Shown: positions 37,201 through 49,904 of the stretch, one piece after another | Position numbering within the stretch: position 1 is the stretch's first letter | Layout of the letters: each line of letters starts with the position of its first letter | NCBI GenBank assembly: GCA_000934665.2 | Contig: KZ538868.1 | Location: 186,001-238,343, forward strand | Length of the DNA stretch: 52,343 nucleotides | DNA from: Catajapyx aquilonaris | Taxonomy: Eukaryota | Direction: 5' to 3' | Translations under genes and position numbers: made by a program | The notes under the pieces: model-generated | Seen by the model: only the letters and a program-made list of their open reading frames with translations | What the model was told of the DNA's origin: nothing | Databases searched by the model: none

Positions 37201-38970
37201 TGTCGCTGATTGTCGTTTTAATTTATATAGGAAATTACAGGTTACCTTAAAATGGGTCATGGCTTGCTGAAGATGTTCGTTGGTTGCACGAAGTTCGTGC
37301 TCAATACCGGCTATCCAGATAGGGGCTGTTCTGAAATGTTCAATTTTGTTTTGAAAAGAATTTTCTGAAAAGTCTGCCGTAACTTACTGGTGTGATGTAG
37401 CATTATCACTTAGAACGTCCTCCAATTTTCCCTGCATTTCTTCCAGACGAGACTCCATCTGAGACAGTCGCAGACCTATATAAAAAAGAGCGCTTACAAG
37501 ATATACCCGGGACCCCCAATCGAGAAAGCAATATCCGGGCAAGAATGACCAATTACTTAATAGTATACACTCACCCACTGATTTGAGCTGAGTTTTAATG
37601 TCCGGTGGTGATATCTCCTTCATTTTGTCAACCTGCAACAGAGTCCAACTTTTTACTGCATCCTCATAATGTGTCATAGTTGCATGCGACTGTAATGCTC
37701 CACTCGGTTCGAAGTTATCCGCGGTGCTAAAAGTTATATGCAGCACTTGTGCGTTTAAAGAGCGATCGTTAATAGTGTTGCGCTACCACCTTCTCAGGCA
37801 TAAAGTCCCTGCAAATTCGAGCCTGGCCCAAATCCTAGCTGGCAGAAATCCTCCAGAATGGAAAGAGAAGGTCGATTTATTACAATCAAGCCTTGGCAAT
37901 AAACTTAACCTTGGTGTTCAATGAATTTGAGCGTCAGAAGAAGCAAAAGTGGTAAAAAAAATCAATGTTTGTCTGGGTTGTTGGAAGCGCTGAGGCGTGA
38001 ATATCGAGCGATGTCAAGGCTAAATAAGCAGAGCCGCGGACCAACTACTGCGCCAATGGCCTGGCCTATGGGAGGAAGGGGTATGGGGTGGACATATTTT
38101 TCTGTGATATGACTCTTATGTAACTTTGATTATGTTTACTTCTCCGACGGAGGTCAAACTGATGAGCCGTGTGGTCTATTTGGAGCCACGAGTTTACGAG
38201 TTAGTTACCTGTTGGATAAACTCGTGCAGGACTGGGGTCAATTTCTCTTCCACGATGCGACCCACAGTAGCTTCCAGCCCGGCACTGTCCACTGTTATCT
38301 GAAATTAATAAGTTAGTATGGACAAAATAGGCAATTAGCTATATATTTGCGGAGCGATAAATAATTTTCTAGCTCTAAGTGCTAAGGCCAGTCGGCACAA
38401 TAAAAGGTTTTTAAAACGCATTCGAGTCATATATTGGTCCAAAATGAAATATTTACATCGTGGCTATAAGGGCTGAAGGGTGCCTTCGTAGCTTCATTTC
38501 AGTAATGTCCCTCATCTGTTTTTTTTCGGGGCCCCCGTTATCTTCAAATTAATTTTTTGGGACAAAGACCATCTTTTGAATGGGACCCGTTCAATTAGAG
38601 CTTGGCTCAGAAAAGGATCATCAACTTCCTTTCAGAGACTTCACATAAACAGATAATTTATTACTCTGGTTGGCCTGTGAGTGATTAGACCCCCGGTAAT
38701 GAAGGCTGGGAATAACAGTTGCAAAGGGCCCATTTAAAATCTCTTTAGACGCTATTGAATAGCAGTGGTATGCTATATTTTTGCAACTATGCTGAATGCT
38801 ATTTTCCCACACCGTCCGATTTATAAAGATAGCGATATGAATGCTTAGTTTTTTTTTTTTACCTGAGGTGGAAACGGTTTGAGCACATCGTTGTCCTGAG
38901 AACGTGCAACCAAATTCAAGTCGCACACAATCAAACAAGGAAGCAGGAAGGCCACCAAGGACCAGCTCAT
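31268..38970 (-). CDS. Secreted fibrinogen-related protein (FReP; tachylectin-5/ficolin/angiopoietin-like architecture), ~463 aa
   Basis: Phase-compatible GT-AG exons 38970-38863 (signal peptide [16 protein letters not shown]...), 38298-38209, 37632-37575, 37475-37388, 37330-37246, 35745-35571, 35483-35278, 34898-34751, 34690-34526, 33542-33418, 31411-31268; total 1392 nt. FReD motifs: [78 protein letters not shown]. FReD exons are secure; the N-terminal exons are inferred from splice signals and phase. Confidence 0.88.
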
Positions 38971-41900
38971 CTTGAAAATCAACACTGACAAACGAGAGTG
39001 AAGTCACAGCCAATTTATACCCAGAACATGCCCTCGAAAAAAAAAGCAATCCCAGATCTCCCAAACGGCCTCAGCCTTTTGCCAAAGTTCAGAGTCACGG
39101 TTACAAAACCATCTGCATATACCAACACACATATCTCACTTTATCTGGCACTAGCTAGTAAATTGATGTATGGGAGGTTGTAACGTGCATTCTCATTTTT
39201 AGAGGGTGACAAGTAGCCCTGCAGGCAGTAAAAAAACCGAACCAAATTAAGGGGGTATTATGTAACATCTGGCCTAATGGAGTGCTCGTGAATTATCCTG
39301 CACAGTCTGCAACCATGGAGTCATTGTTAGGTGTGGAGCATACTTGACAGGGGTAAATGGGACGTGGGTTTTGTTCGTGTCCGAAGGGCATGCCAGAGCT
39401 CTGGCAGCTTTTATCTTTCATGCTGCGACTATGCCAGTACTGAGTTGATTCATTATTCTGATCCTGGAACAAAAACTTTATTAATAATGTGGCCAATGGA
39501 ATTAGAAACTTGTTTGAACGGGAGCGGATGAATAAAGGAGATAGTTATTTTGGGATTATTTGACAGTCAGGAGGGTTAAAAAGAGCATTATTGATGCAAG
39601 TGGTTAAATTGCTGCAAAGTGCATCACTTATAGTTGCATAATTCAGGGTGTCAATCAACATGTGAGGTACAGTGTGAGAATATTGCAGGTTTTGCAGTGT
39701 GAAAGAGTCATTGATGGCTGTATGTGTTTGCTGGAGTTGTTTCATTGGATTGTAGGTTTTGCCTTCATGTGGGTGGTCTTCCATGACTCCCCGGAGGACG
39801 AAATCGATGGTGATAAACACTGAAGCAAAACATTATGGACGTCACTGCCAAGCATTTCTGCCAGCGTCACGTGTAATCAATAGAGTAGTTTTTTTAAATC
39901 GAGCAAACAACACTCACCACTGTTTTTAGCTGTTGCTCTCGTTGCAATCGAGATGAAGTCACACCTAATTGCAAAACCCAGTTCATACTGTGTATGAGAA
40001 GCATATAAACAAGAATCCGCCAGCCTTAGGAAAGATAAGAGAAAAAACTTTCCATAAACCACAATACTAAAATGCAAAATGCCACTCTCCGAGCCCATTT
40101 ACAGTCTTCCTTGTTTCAAGCTTGCCAGTCTTCCGTCTAAATCTCATAGTAGAGAACTGTATTCCTCAGCAAACCTTTGGGCAACTCACTGTCATTTCGG
40201 ATTTTCATAGCATTAATTTTTTAAAGATGGACAAGTAGATAACCCTATTTTTTCTCATTATTGCGATGAATATTATGCTTTGTGGATTGATTAATATTGC
40301 ACCAGCTTATCATATATGCAAAGATGCGTCTGCAAATTGGCAACCAAATTAGCTTTACCTAGTCGCATCAGGTTCGGCAGGATGCGGTTAGGCACAGTTC
40401 TGAGTCTCGAAATTGGAAGGAATATACACGGCCTTGGTGTCATTAATCTTTGGCGAAACTTAAGCTTCACTTAGATTAGTTAGTCATTAGTGATCCCGCA
40501 GCTGCTCGTGTGGTAAGCAGCATTAAGCCTGAATGCAGAGGCCTTGATATAATTCGGTACGTACAGAGTTAGGAGTCGGGATGCTGGCAAAGGATTTCCG
40601 GGAGAGGAAGCGTCTCTGCCTGGGGATAAGCCCATTCTAGGCGTCTGTTGTGACGGGAATAAGCCAACCCCAGATTTTTCTTCCTTCATACTTCCATCCA
40701 TCATTCCGGCCCAACAAGTTGCGGGGCCTCTCCAGAGAATCTTCCAAGAAAAACTGGCCCCCTGCATGAAAAGCCGCCGATTCGACCCTTTAAACAAAAT
40801 GGCATCCTTGCTCGATCCCAACTACTTCCTTCCTTCCCTCAACTCCTTTCTTGCCCCCGTATAACCCTCTTTAATTCGCAAGTTCTCCCTACGTCCTTCG
40901 CCTCTTAAGTTGGCTGTTACGAAGGCGGCAGCCTTTAAAAAAAAAGTTGAGCCTTGAAGATTGTTCGGAGCTTTCCACAGGAGACCGAACTTTCTTCATG
41001 CGGAGAGATTGGCCAAACTGAAAGAGAAACAGCAAAAGGCTTGCTACCTCCTGGGCACAATAACCGCAGGGTGTGTCAGAATTTTTAGCAGCTGTCCTAT
41101 AGTTCTGTCTCACCCTGTGTTGTGACCGGTGTGTGAGACAGTTGGTTTGACAAACAAGGTGCTGGTTGCGATTTGAAATTGATATTGCCATAGTTATTAC
41201 GTTTTACAGCATACCTTCGACAGAATGTTCTGAGGAGGTCGGCCTTTTCTACTTGCAACTACTGAGTGCATACTGGTATTCCAGTTTTAATTTGCAGGAG
41301 GATCACGTAGGTCGTCAGGCGTTGCCGAATGGGAGATTGGGCTTGTCGTAAACATAAGCTCCTCTGGGGATAATCGCCCAACATGCTTGGGAGGGAATCC
41401 CTAGCCTACAAAGAAGTTCAGTACTTCTTCCTCTTATATACCACTGTGGAGTGTTTGTCGGCCAGTGTGGAGGGCACTACTTTTGATTTCTCTCGAGAAA
41501 TTGACTCTCATGGACCCACACCCTTTTGCACCAAATGAACTTTCCTAGCCCCCAGTGGACATTGGCTGCGTTTGATTTGACGTATCGGTTTCCTTAAAAT
41601 GTCACGCAAACTCTAGAATTTTTGTGCAATTTTTTTCCGGTTCTATCTCAACCGGCTGATTGCGCGGCTGCCAACAAATGAGAACTAATGAACCAATTAG
41701 CCCCCTTTGATTGGGCCGACATCTGCTAATTGATTACCCGAGAACGATGCCAGAGAGGTGAGGCCAAGAATGTCCTTCTCCACGACGGAAATTGAACTGC
41801 TGCGATTGCATCTTTGTCCCTTCTCAATTCCATGCATCTAAATCGTATAATGATGTACCCATTGCTGGAATAAGTGACACTCGGAGCCTACTTTTGGATA

Positions 41901-44900
41901 CGTCTCAGAAAAAGGAAGACACCCGTCTCCCTCGAAAAAAAACTGGAAAAATGGATGAGACTGAAAAAGGATCCGTGAAGCTTCTTTACCTCCTGCCCGC
42001 AGGAGATATGCCGTTTTTTGTGTATGATACATCCATCCATCTTAGGCACGCAGCACAAGGCTTACAGTCCATCCTTTCTTGGATTTATCGGATCTTGTGT
42101 TATCTCCAAAAATACAGTCTTGTCCCGATGCATGTTGTTGCCCATAGAAATATATGAGAAGGTGGGTTTAGGTTGGGCGGCATAGAGAAGAACTATAAAT
42201 TGGAAATGGTTCAGCTGCGTATGTAGCACTGTTTAAGGGTTGAGAAAGTGGGGGTGGGTTGTAGGGAGGCTGGGAAGATGAGGAAGAGGCTGCGGGCATC
42301 GATCGTGCATGCAGCTTGCCTGCGCCCTGGAGGAAGAAGAAGGAAAAGAAAAAAAGGGTTTGGGAGAATAGAATTCTTTCTATTTCCTTTTCCTTCGACT
42401 GTGACGTACATTTTCAGCCAAGTCGTTCAGGCAGATAATTAGGTCAATTATTGGAACATTCGGGTGTGCGGAACCGCACCTAGTGGCTGACGTAGCCGGT
42501 ACAAGGGACTGTAGTACTGAATAATTATTTCGGGTTTTGATTTCGGAGTGTCCTGGGCTGCATTACTAAAAGTAATGCGTTGTGCATGACGTTGCTGTAA
42601 TTGCATCCTATTACGTATGCTCACCTACCTCATTTTGGTTAAATACAGGAACACTTCTGGGATCTGCCGCTATGGTGTAACCACAGTGAGCGCGTAACAC
42701 GAGATTGCATTGCGGTGAACGTTCCTTTGCGAAATATCGTGCCACCTACCTCATTCAATCAAGCGCTCGTTAAATATTTGATGCTTCCCGAAAACAAAAC
42801 AATCAACATCCCCCAGCTGATACTCAAGCTCAACAAGCCATGAAGTGAGCACGTTCGATTTCAAATCCGATTTAACAATTTACATAACAACCCGCAAATT
42901 GCAATTACACCCCGATTTGTATGGCCTATACATTGCCATACAGTGTCGCCAGTAATTAGGTGCCTTGATATATCCGGATGATTCTATGACTCAGGCCACA
43001 AAAGTCTCGCAATATTTATTAGTATTTTTTAAATATTTGGCCATTGCTCATAGGTTGGTGAAATTTTTTTTTCGATAATTTCCAATATTTGGTGCTTTCA
43101 AAACCCTATATTTCATCCTATAGAATACGACCGTCCCAGGAGCCAGACTTGGTCCTTCCTGGCGCAAGAAAAGGCCCATATCTCATCCGTTTAAAATCCG
43201 GTCAAAAAATAGGGGAGACCAGCAATGGAGGGAGGTTCCGGGCAAGTGAGCCTTGTTATATGAACCAACTGGGAGTCGTGAAGAATTCTAATTCAACTCC
43301 TGTCCCACATCTTTCTGATGATTAGAGGCTCCGGGGCCAGATCCCCACAGGGATCCTCATCTCGCTGCGGAAAACTGACCCCCGCCCCTTGCCCTTTTGT
43401 GATCTAACTCATAACTTTTGGAAAGTTTGAGGATTTTTTTGTAACGTGATGACAGTTATTTATTCGCCAAGCCGCTTTTTTGAGGCAGCATGAGTGGAAG
43501 GGCTCACGTCCTACAAGTGCGATATTGCCATGGAAAGGATGGCCTCTTTTTTCCACCACCCAAAAAACCAAGTTTGAGCCATAAATTACACGGAGGCTTG
43601 AATTTTCGCACGCGAGATCCGCTCGTCTTTTGCGCCTTGATTCTAATAAGCGACGCTGTGGAAATAGGATTTTTCGGGGCTGGTCCAAGCCTCTTGCTAG
43701 AATAATAATGCTTGGAACTCGACAAAGAAGAGGGCCACAAGTGGGCCCAGGCGTTTGGCCAGATGAGCCGTTGTATTGAGCGAGAAGCCCGAAAGCTGTG
43801 CAGGAACTGGTCGTAAATCTAGGGGTAAAAAATCAATTACATTTCCGCCTTTCATGTGTCCTCCCAGTGGAAATATTATTCATGTGGGTCACCCCCCGGA
43901 ATAGCATTGTAAAAAATTTGGCCTGGACTATACAGTGGATAAAGCCAAACTGTAGAGGATGTGGAGAAGTCGACCTGGAAATGGCATGTCCGGTTCGAAT
44001 GATAGCAAAACATTTCCGGGGATCTCTTTTATGTCCAGTGTGGCTATCTGGACCGGTCCTATTGTACCAACGTAACAGTTTGAATTTTATGGCTGGTACT
44101 GGAGAGCTCTGAAGGCCTTGAAAAATTTAATTTCTGGAACCCAATCAAGCCTGGGAGGGGTGGTGCTCTACTCATCCGTCCTACAAAGTTCGATTGTGCT
44201 CCGAGAAAGATTTCCAGGCCTTCGCTCCCATGCCAACAGTGGAAAGTAGGTTTTTCATTTGATTCGCATATCTCTTTCTCGATGCCACACATTCGTTTCC
44301 ACCCCCTAAAAATATCGCTTTAACAAATAATGAATGGCAAAATGGCGGTGGACGACAGTGAATTAACAGCCCATGCGAGGTAATCCCGTATCCGAGGGCT
44401 ACTGCTGCATAGTGCTCGCAGGGATGCTGATCGGCAATCGATCGCTCGATTACATTCTAGTTGAAATATTTCACGAGCGAATCACTCCAGCGGACCAACC
44501 TGAGCGAAACAAGATCGGCCAAATAATTCAGTAGCTTAAAAATTTAAAAATTAATTTAATTAGAAACGTACACAATTAAATAATTTATATGTTTATATTT
44601 GACATCAGCTGAATCTACTCCCATGTCATGACCTGTCACACCGTCCCTAATCGGGCATCCGATTTTGTCCCACCAAGGGCAATCTATAAATAAAACCAGC
44701 TGATAAATAATTATGCAAAGTTTCAGCGCTGGCCTGGATGAATACACCGTGGGATGTCACCCCCTCCCCTCCCTTTTTTTCCAGAACCGTATTTGCATAA
44801 ATGTTTAAGTCGAGAGCGGACACGGTGCTGATATTAAATGGCGGCGGGCCGGACTTGTCCTCAACCTGCATGTCATGAATCGGTTAGTAAGAAAAGGGGA

Positions 44901-46063
44901 AATTTAGGAGCGGGACAAGTCATCAACTGGGATTGGCCGCCCGTATCCACGTAAATGGAAGTTACTCCGCCGTAAAATCCGGTGCGTGCTGTTCAGACAA
45001 GAACCGCTACACTTTTGGTCCCATGTAATTAGTTCTGGGGCTTGAAGCTGTCAAGTGCATTGATCATCACTTTTAAAATCTAGGGAGCCAAAATTAGGTG
45101 TAAGTTCCATTCGAGAAAAAGTTTCATACTGTGCAGCAATTTGCAAAATGGTAATGGCGGAATTGCCTCCAGATTGGGTCAAGAGGCATATATGCCATGC
45201 ATTTTCCTCCGCTCTTCTTCCTCCTGTGCAGATCAATACGCGACCTCCAACCGACCCCCGGACCAACCCGGTTCCAGCATTGCATCACAACCAGCATCAG
45301 GGTCAAGTCCGCATAGGCCCACCACTTGTTTCTGGTATTTGATGATGGTACCTGTGGAGCGTTGTCATTCATGAGTGGTGTCGGTCAATCACCGCCAAAT
45401 TAATAGGGACGGATGCAAGACGGATGTAATCCGGTACCGAGACAGTTAGAGAAAAGAATGTAATATCGCTGTCATGTGGGAAGGATTCAGCTGTCTGCCA
45501 GTTGAGGTCTTAAGGAGTGGATGGGAAAGAAAGAAAAAAATGGGGGTTCGCTTTATTGCGCAGAGAATTATTTCCTCCAGACGTCTGAAGCTTTCAACAA
45601 TATTGACGTAGACATTACAGGAGAAATAAGTTTGCAACATATCCAGAGCCGAAAGGCGAGAGGAGAAACGGGCTCAAGTAAAATATAGGGGAAGTTGAAA
45701 CTTTCTTGGTCTTATTACATATAGGCCTTTAACTTACGTAAGTCAGTCTATAGGGCGTGGTTGCTTCACAAACTTGGCTTTTCTGTCCAGCTTATTGCAT
45801 TTAAAAATTTACTGTTGCAATTTGCCGCATGTATCGCCAAGAGAAAACATCGTAAAATAATGATTAAGTAATAGACTTCTAAGTTGACAGCGCAGAGGCA
45901 TGTGAAATAGTTTTGCAAGCCTTCCTTTGTTACTAACAAAAATGGCATACTCTATATTTGGCAGAGCACGATTATAGATAAGTATAGATGATAGGTTACT
46001 TATAAAGTTAAATTCAATCGTGAATCAGTAAGCTACCGGGTTATATATTCTGTGGTATAAATA

Positions 46064-46626
46064 CCGGGGGTGACTTTGTGACAGTTTTTGAGGTTTTTCG
46101 TATCAGCAGAAACGGTTTAATGTTTTTCCATTAAATGTTTTGTTGATTATTGTACCCTCATCTTTTCTCTACATATACGTGTGCAGATCAGATCGATAAC
46201 TTTATTCGTTATAAAAATATTCACATTTATATATGTCACAAAGTCACACCTCAAAAGTACGAAATTCATCTATTAAAACACCCTCGTATCTCTTACAGAA
46301 CAAGTTCAATCTTGCTTCATGTTATATCATTTCTTAGCCAATAAATATTTCTTCAAAATAGTGTACATGTTTTACTCTCTTCGCAACTATGCCGCATGCC
46401 GATAGCTATTAGGGAAAGTAGTCGGAAGAAGTGGCAACAATACTCGCAGTTTGCAAACTTGGAATGCAACTGCCAATAATGCTCGAGGTGGAGGAACTTT
46501 CAAAGTTGGATTTAGGTAGCACAACATACGTAGCCATCTACTGGCGCTGGTTTCAGTCAGAAAGGTCAAATAACAGTGGCCCGAGATTCGAAAAACTGAT
46601 TTGTCACAAAGTCACCCCCCTTACGG
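46064..46626. mobile_element. Non-autonomous DNA transposon (MITE), Tc1/mariner/pogo-type
   Basis: TA-CCGGGGGTGACTTTGTGACA on the left, TGTCACAAAGTCACCCCCCTTACGG-TA on the right. Internal copy TGTCACAAAGTCACACC near 46234. TA on both flanks. Confidence 0.75.
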
Positions 46627-49257
46627 TATGGTAGTAACTCTGCTTAATGATCACAGTTGTCAACTAAAACAAGTGTCACCGTGATATAGCCAAGGTGGAT
46701 AGCAACGACCTTCCGAGAATGGAAAAGAAGTAATTAAGGGGAAATTATATTGCACTGCACTTAGGGCCCATGGCAACAGATTGCGCGTTAATTAGTATTG
46801 GGCAGTAACTGAAGGATTATTACTATGGGGCAAGTCAGTCTCATGAGATCCCAAAACTTGAGCGATCAGACAAACAACGTCAATAAAATAATTACTTATC
46901 CCGAAACACATATATCAGAGCTTCTCCCTATGAAGCATTTAAATAAGTTATTTATTATGAGTGCATGCAAGTGCAGATAAACCTTATTCTGAAACCTTGC
47001 AATATCAATCATCACTCAGCACAGCCACGTGCAAGTTATTTTCTTGACGTCATATATGCTCGGTATAGTTTGTAAAATCAGAATTACACGCAGGCACACA
47101 CAAACTTACGATACTTGATAGAGGCATAATTCCCCTTCAATATCTCAGAATAAGTAATCCAAATCGAAACTCAAGTGCCATATGGTACAATATGAAAAAC
47201 GGCATTCATTCGTTGACATTACCCGTACTCTTTTGCATGTGACTTGAATTTCTCCCCCGTCGCGTCGCTTCGTAAGGCACCTCAACCATAATGTAATGCA
47301 CTTACAACCTGTAGATATGCCATCAACCTGCACTGTACAACCTTCTACTCCTCAAAGTATCGCGTCTGTCAGAGACCATACCATATCATTTGCTATTTGT
47401 CCCACATTTGCAGTCCAACCTATACTGTACTACTGCGCCGCTGTGAATAAATATCCGAACTCACCATTTCCAACGGAAAGAGCAGCTTCTCATCCGGTAA
47501 TTAGCACGTGTAAGCTCATTCAGTGTAATTACGTAAGTCTATTAGTATGCCACAAGTAGTCCTGCACATGCTAAGAGGGGCTATTTAATTACTTTGCAGA
47601 TTACCTCCGCGAATTGGCGGATGTATTATTTCATTTTAAAATGAACATCGATCGGTTCTGAAAGTCAAACTGTGCCTCTCCTATTATTTACAAAAATGGT
47701 TATTTACGCAAATTAATGTTTAAATAACTCTTCTGCTTCTTGGAAGGTTCAGTGCAATGAACGGAACCAAAAATATGCACTATACTTTCTCCGAGAACTC
47801 TTCTTCAACCTGCACTGCATGATACTGATGTAACTGCGCAGCACCAGCTATTTCCCTGCGCCCTACCTAGAATGGAAGGCTGTGAATAGAGTGGATATAG
47901 AGGTGTTATTGAAAGAACCGCAGGGTGTGACTCACAGCCAACATTCATTAGGAAAATGGGGCAGTTCCGCAAATATACACACCAAAACAGCAGCTGGGGA
48001 AAACCCCACATGCTGACAAACAAGCACACAAGTAACAGAATATTGTTCAGCAAAAATATGGATTTTTACTTTACTCTAGGATGTCATGACTTGGAGCATG
48101 TCAGCTATGAAGTGAATACCTTTGAATGACATGCATTACCGTCAATTAATTTTGCTAATGCGCCTGCATACATGGGAAGCACCGTAATTCGCGTGTCAGC
48201 CCCGGGTACGTGTATAACTTTCATATCTTATCTGATGTTTATTTTGCCTCATTTCTCTTTTACGTCGCATTATCAGTCCTTCTAGAGCCACAACTCTACG
48301 CACAGAAACACATCATTGCGAATTCTCTTCAAAAAAAAAAGAACACTCGAACCTGAGAAAACAGAACCGATCCCAGATCTACTTCAGTATGAACAGTAAG
48401 CAATTAACGACAATCCCCTTTGCAGTGGTATGTAATTAGAAGGTAACTTTAACACGCCTATGGGATAGCTTGTTGTTTAACAGACATGATTATAGTAGTT
48501 ACCCGCGAGTAAATTACCTCTTCTGGCCAGGGCAGGGCCCCTACTAATGCCATTAGATTCGTGCTGGAATGATCAAGTAGTTGACAGTTATGAAGAGCAG
48601 CACCGATTGCGAATAATTAAAGTGCATGCCACCCAACAGTCCCCTGTTGTCGCAAACAACACACCTTTTGATTGATCATGAGCACATTGTGACCATTGTC
48701 CCTGAGTAGAATTGCGTCGAACCACCTGTGCACGTGGAGGTCAGGGGCATAGTAAGGTCACCCAGAGAGGGTGGTGTTGGGTGGGTGGTTGGGTGGCTAC
48801 GTGCTGTGCTGTGCTGGCTGGCTGCGATGTGATGGCAGCTGGGGGGAGCAGCAGGGACGGGAGCAGGGAAGGAAGGGGAGGGCGCCTGCGCTGGACCACT
48901 GTGGCGCCCCCTTTCCCTCTACGTCTCTACGTCTGTGGTGGCGGGCAGTCGACCAGTGGACTTCTCTTCTACCACCACCACCACCAACTTCCAACCAAAC
49001 CCATCCCCAACATATCGGGCTTACTAAAAATCGGCCGTGTGAGTGACAAGCCTTTTGAGACACCCCCCAACCTGTCTCTTCTTCCCCGGTCCGACGGTTG
49101 TTCCCGGAACAGGAAGGAAGACAAGCGATGCTTGCCTGTTGAGCAGCCCCCCCACCACTGGGTCGAAGCTCAACACCTACCTACAGGAAGACTTCTTTTC
49201 CTCCTCCTCCTTCTTCTCCAGTGAGCTACCACTCTCTTTATTGATGGGGGGGGGGGG

Positions 49258-49264
49258 NNNNNNN
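49258..49264. other. Assembly gap (7 N) after poly-G
   Basis: Run of n in the sequence. Confidence 0.95.
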
Positions 49265-49572
49265 GTTTGCCATTTGGGATTTTTGCATTTGTATGTTCAG
49301 TGATGGAGTGTGAATCGCTGCTGACCTTCGGTTTGCTCTTGCGGAATTATACATTATGCACCAAACTGCGCATTACTGCGGCGCTCATTTATTTAGAGGA
49401 GATCGGTGGGACTGCCTCTCACGCCCTTTTATAATATTAATTGCCCAACAAAGAAGCGAATACCACTGGCTCAACTTTCAGAGCCTCTCCCGTCACCGGG
49501 TTTTTAATATTTCATACATGAGATAAACAACTACATGAGGTCGATATTATTAGGTTCGTCCCGGGACCAGAG

Positions 49573-49904
49573 CGTGTCGAAACTATAGGTACACGCAATG
49601 TGTGTGGTGACAGAGGGCTCAATATATGGAATCGTTTTAAAAAAACCTGTTGAAGGTATCCCTTTCAACCTGTATGTAAAAGAGTGATTTTATTACACGC
49701 CAATTTGCCAGTTCTTTCTTCCACCACTCTCACTGTANCGTGTCGAAACTATAGGTACACGCAATGTGTGTGGTGACAGAGGGCTCAATATATGGAATCG
49801 TTTTTTAAAAAACCTGTTGAAGGTATCCCTTTCAACCTGTATGTAAAAGAGTGATTTTATTACACGCCAATTTGCCAGTTCTTTCTTCCACCACTCTCAC
49901 TGTA
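49573..49904. repeat. ~165-bp tandem duplication across a single N; probable assembly artefact
   Basis: 49573-49737 and 49739-49904 are identical except for T/A homopolymer lengths, and they meet at n 49738. Confidence 0.85.

Noticed and set aside
42463..42484. GC hairpin followed by CTAGT (Helitron-like 3' end)
   Set aside because: The hairpin abuts CTAG without the usual spacer, and no 5' end or second copy is visible.
48712..49224. 170-aa ORF in a GC-rich island
   Set aside because: Non-ATG start, low-complexity peptide, next to an assembly gap. It could be promoter/UTR sequence but this is unsupported.
49573..49904. Biological tandem duplication
   Set aside because: The copies meet exactly at an N and differ only in homopolymer length: typical unmerged contig overlap or haplotype bubble.
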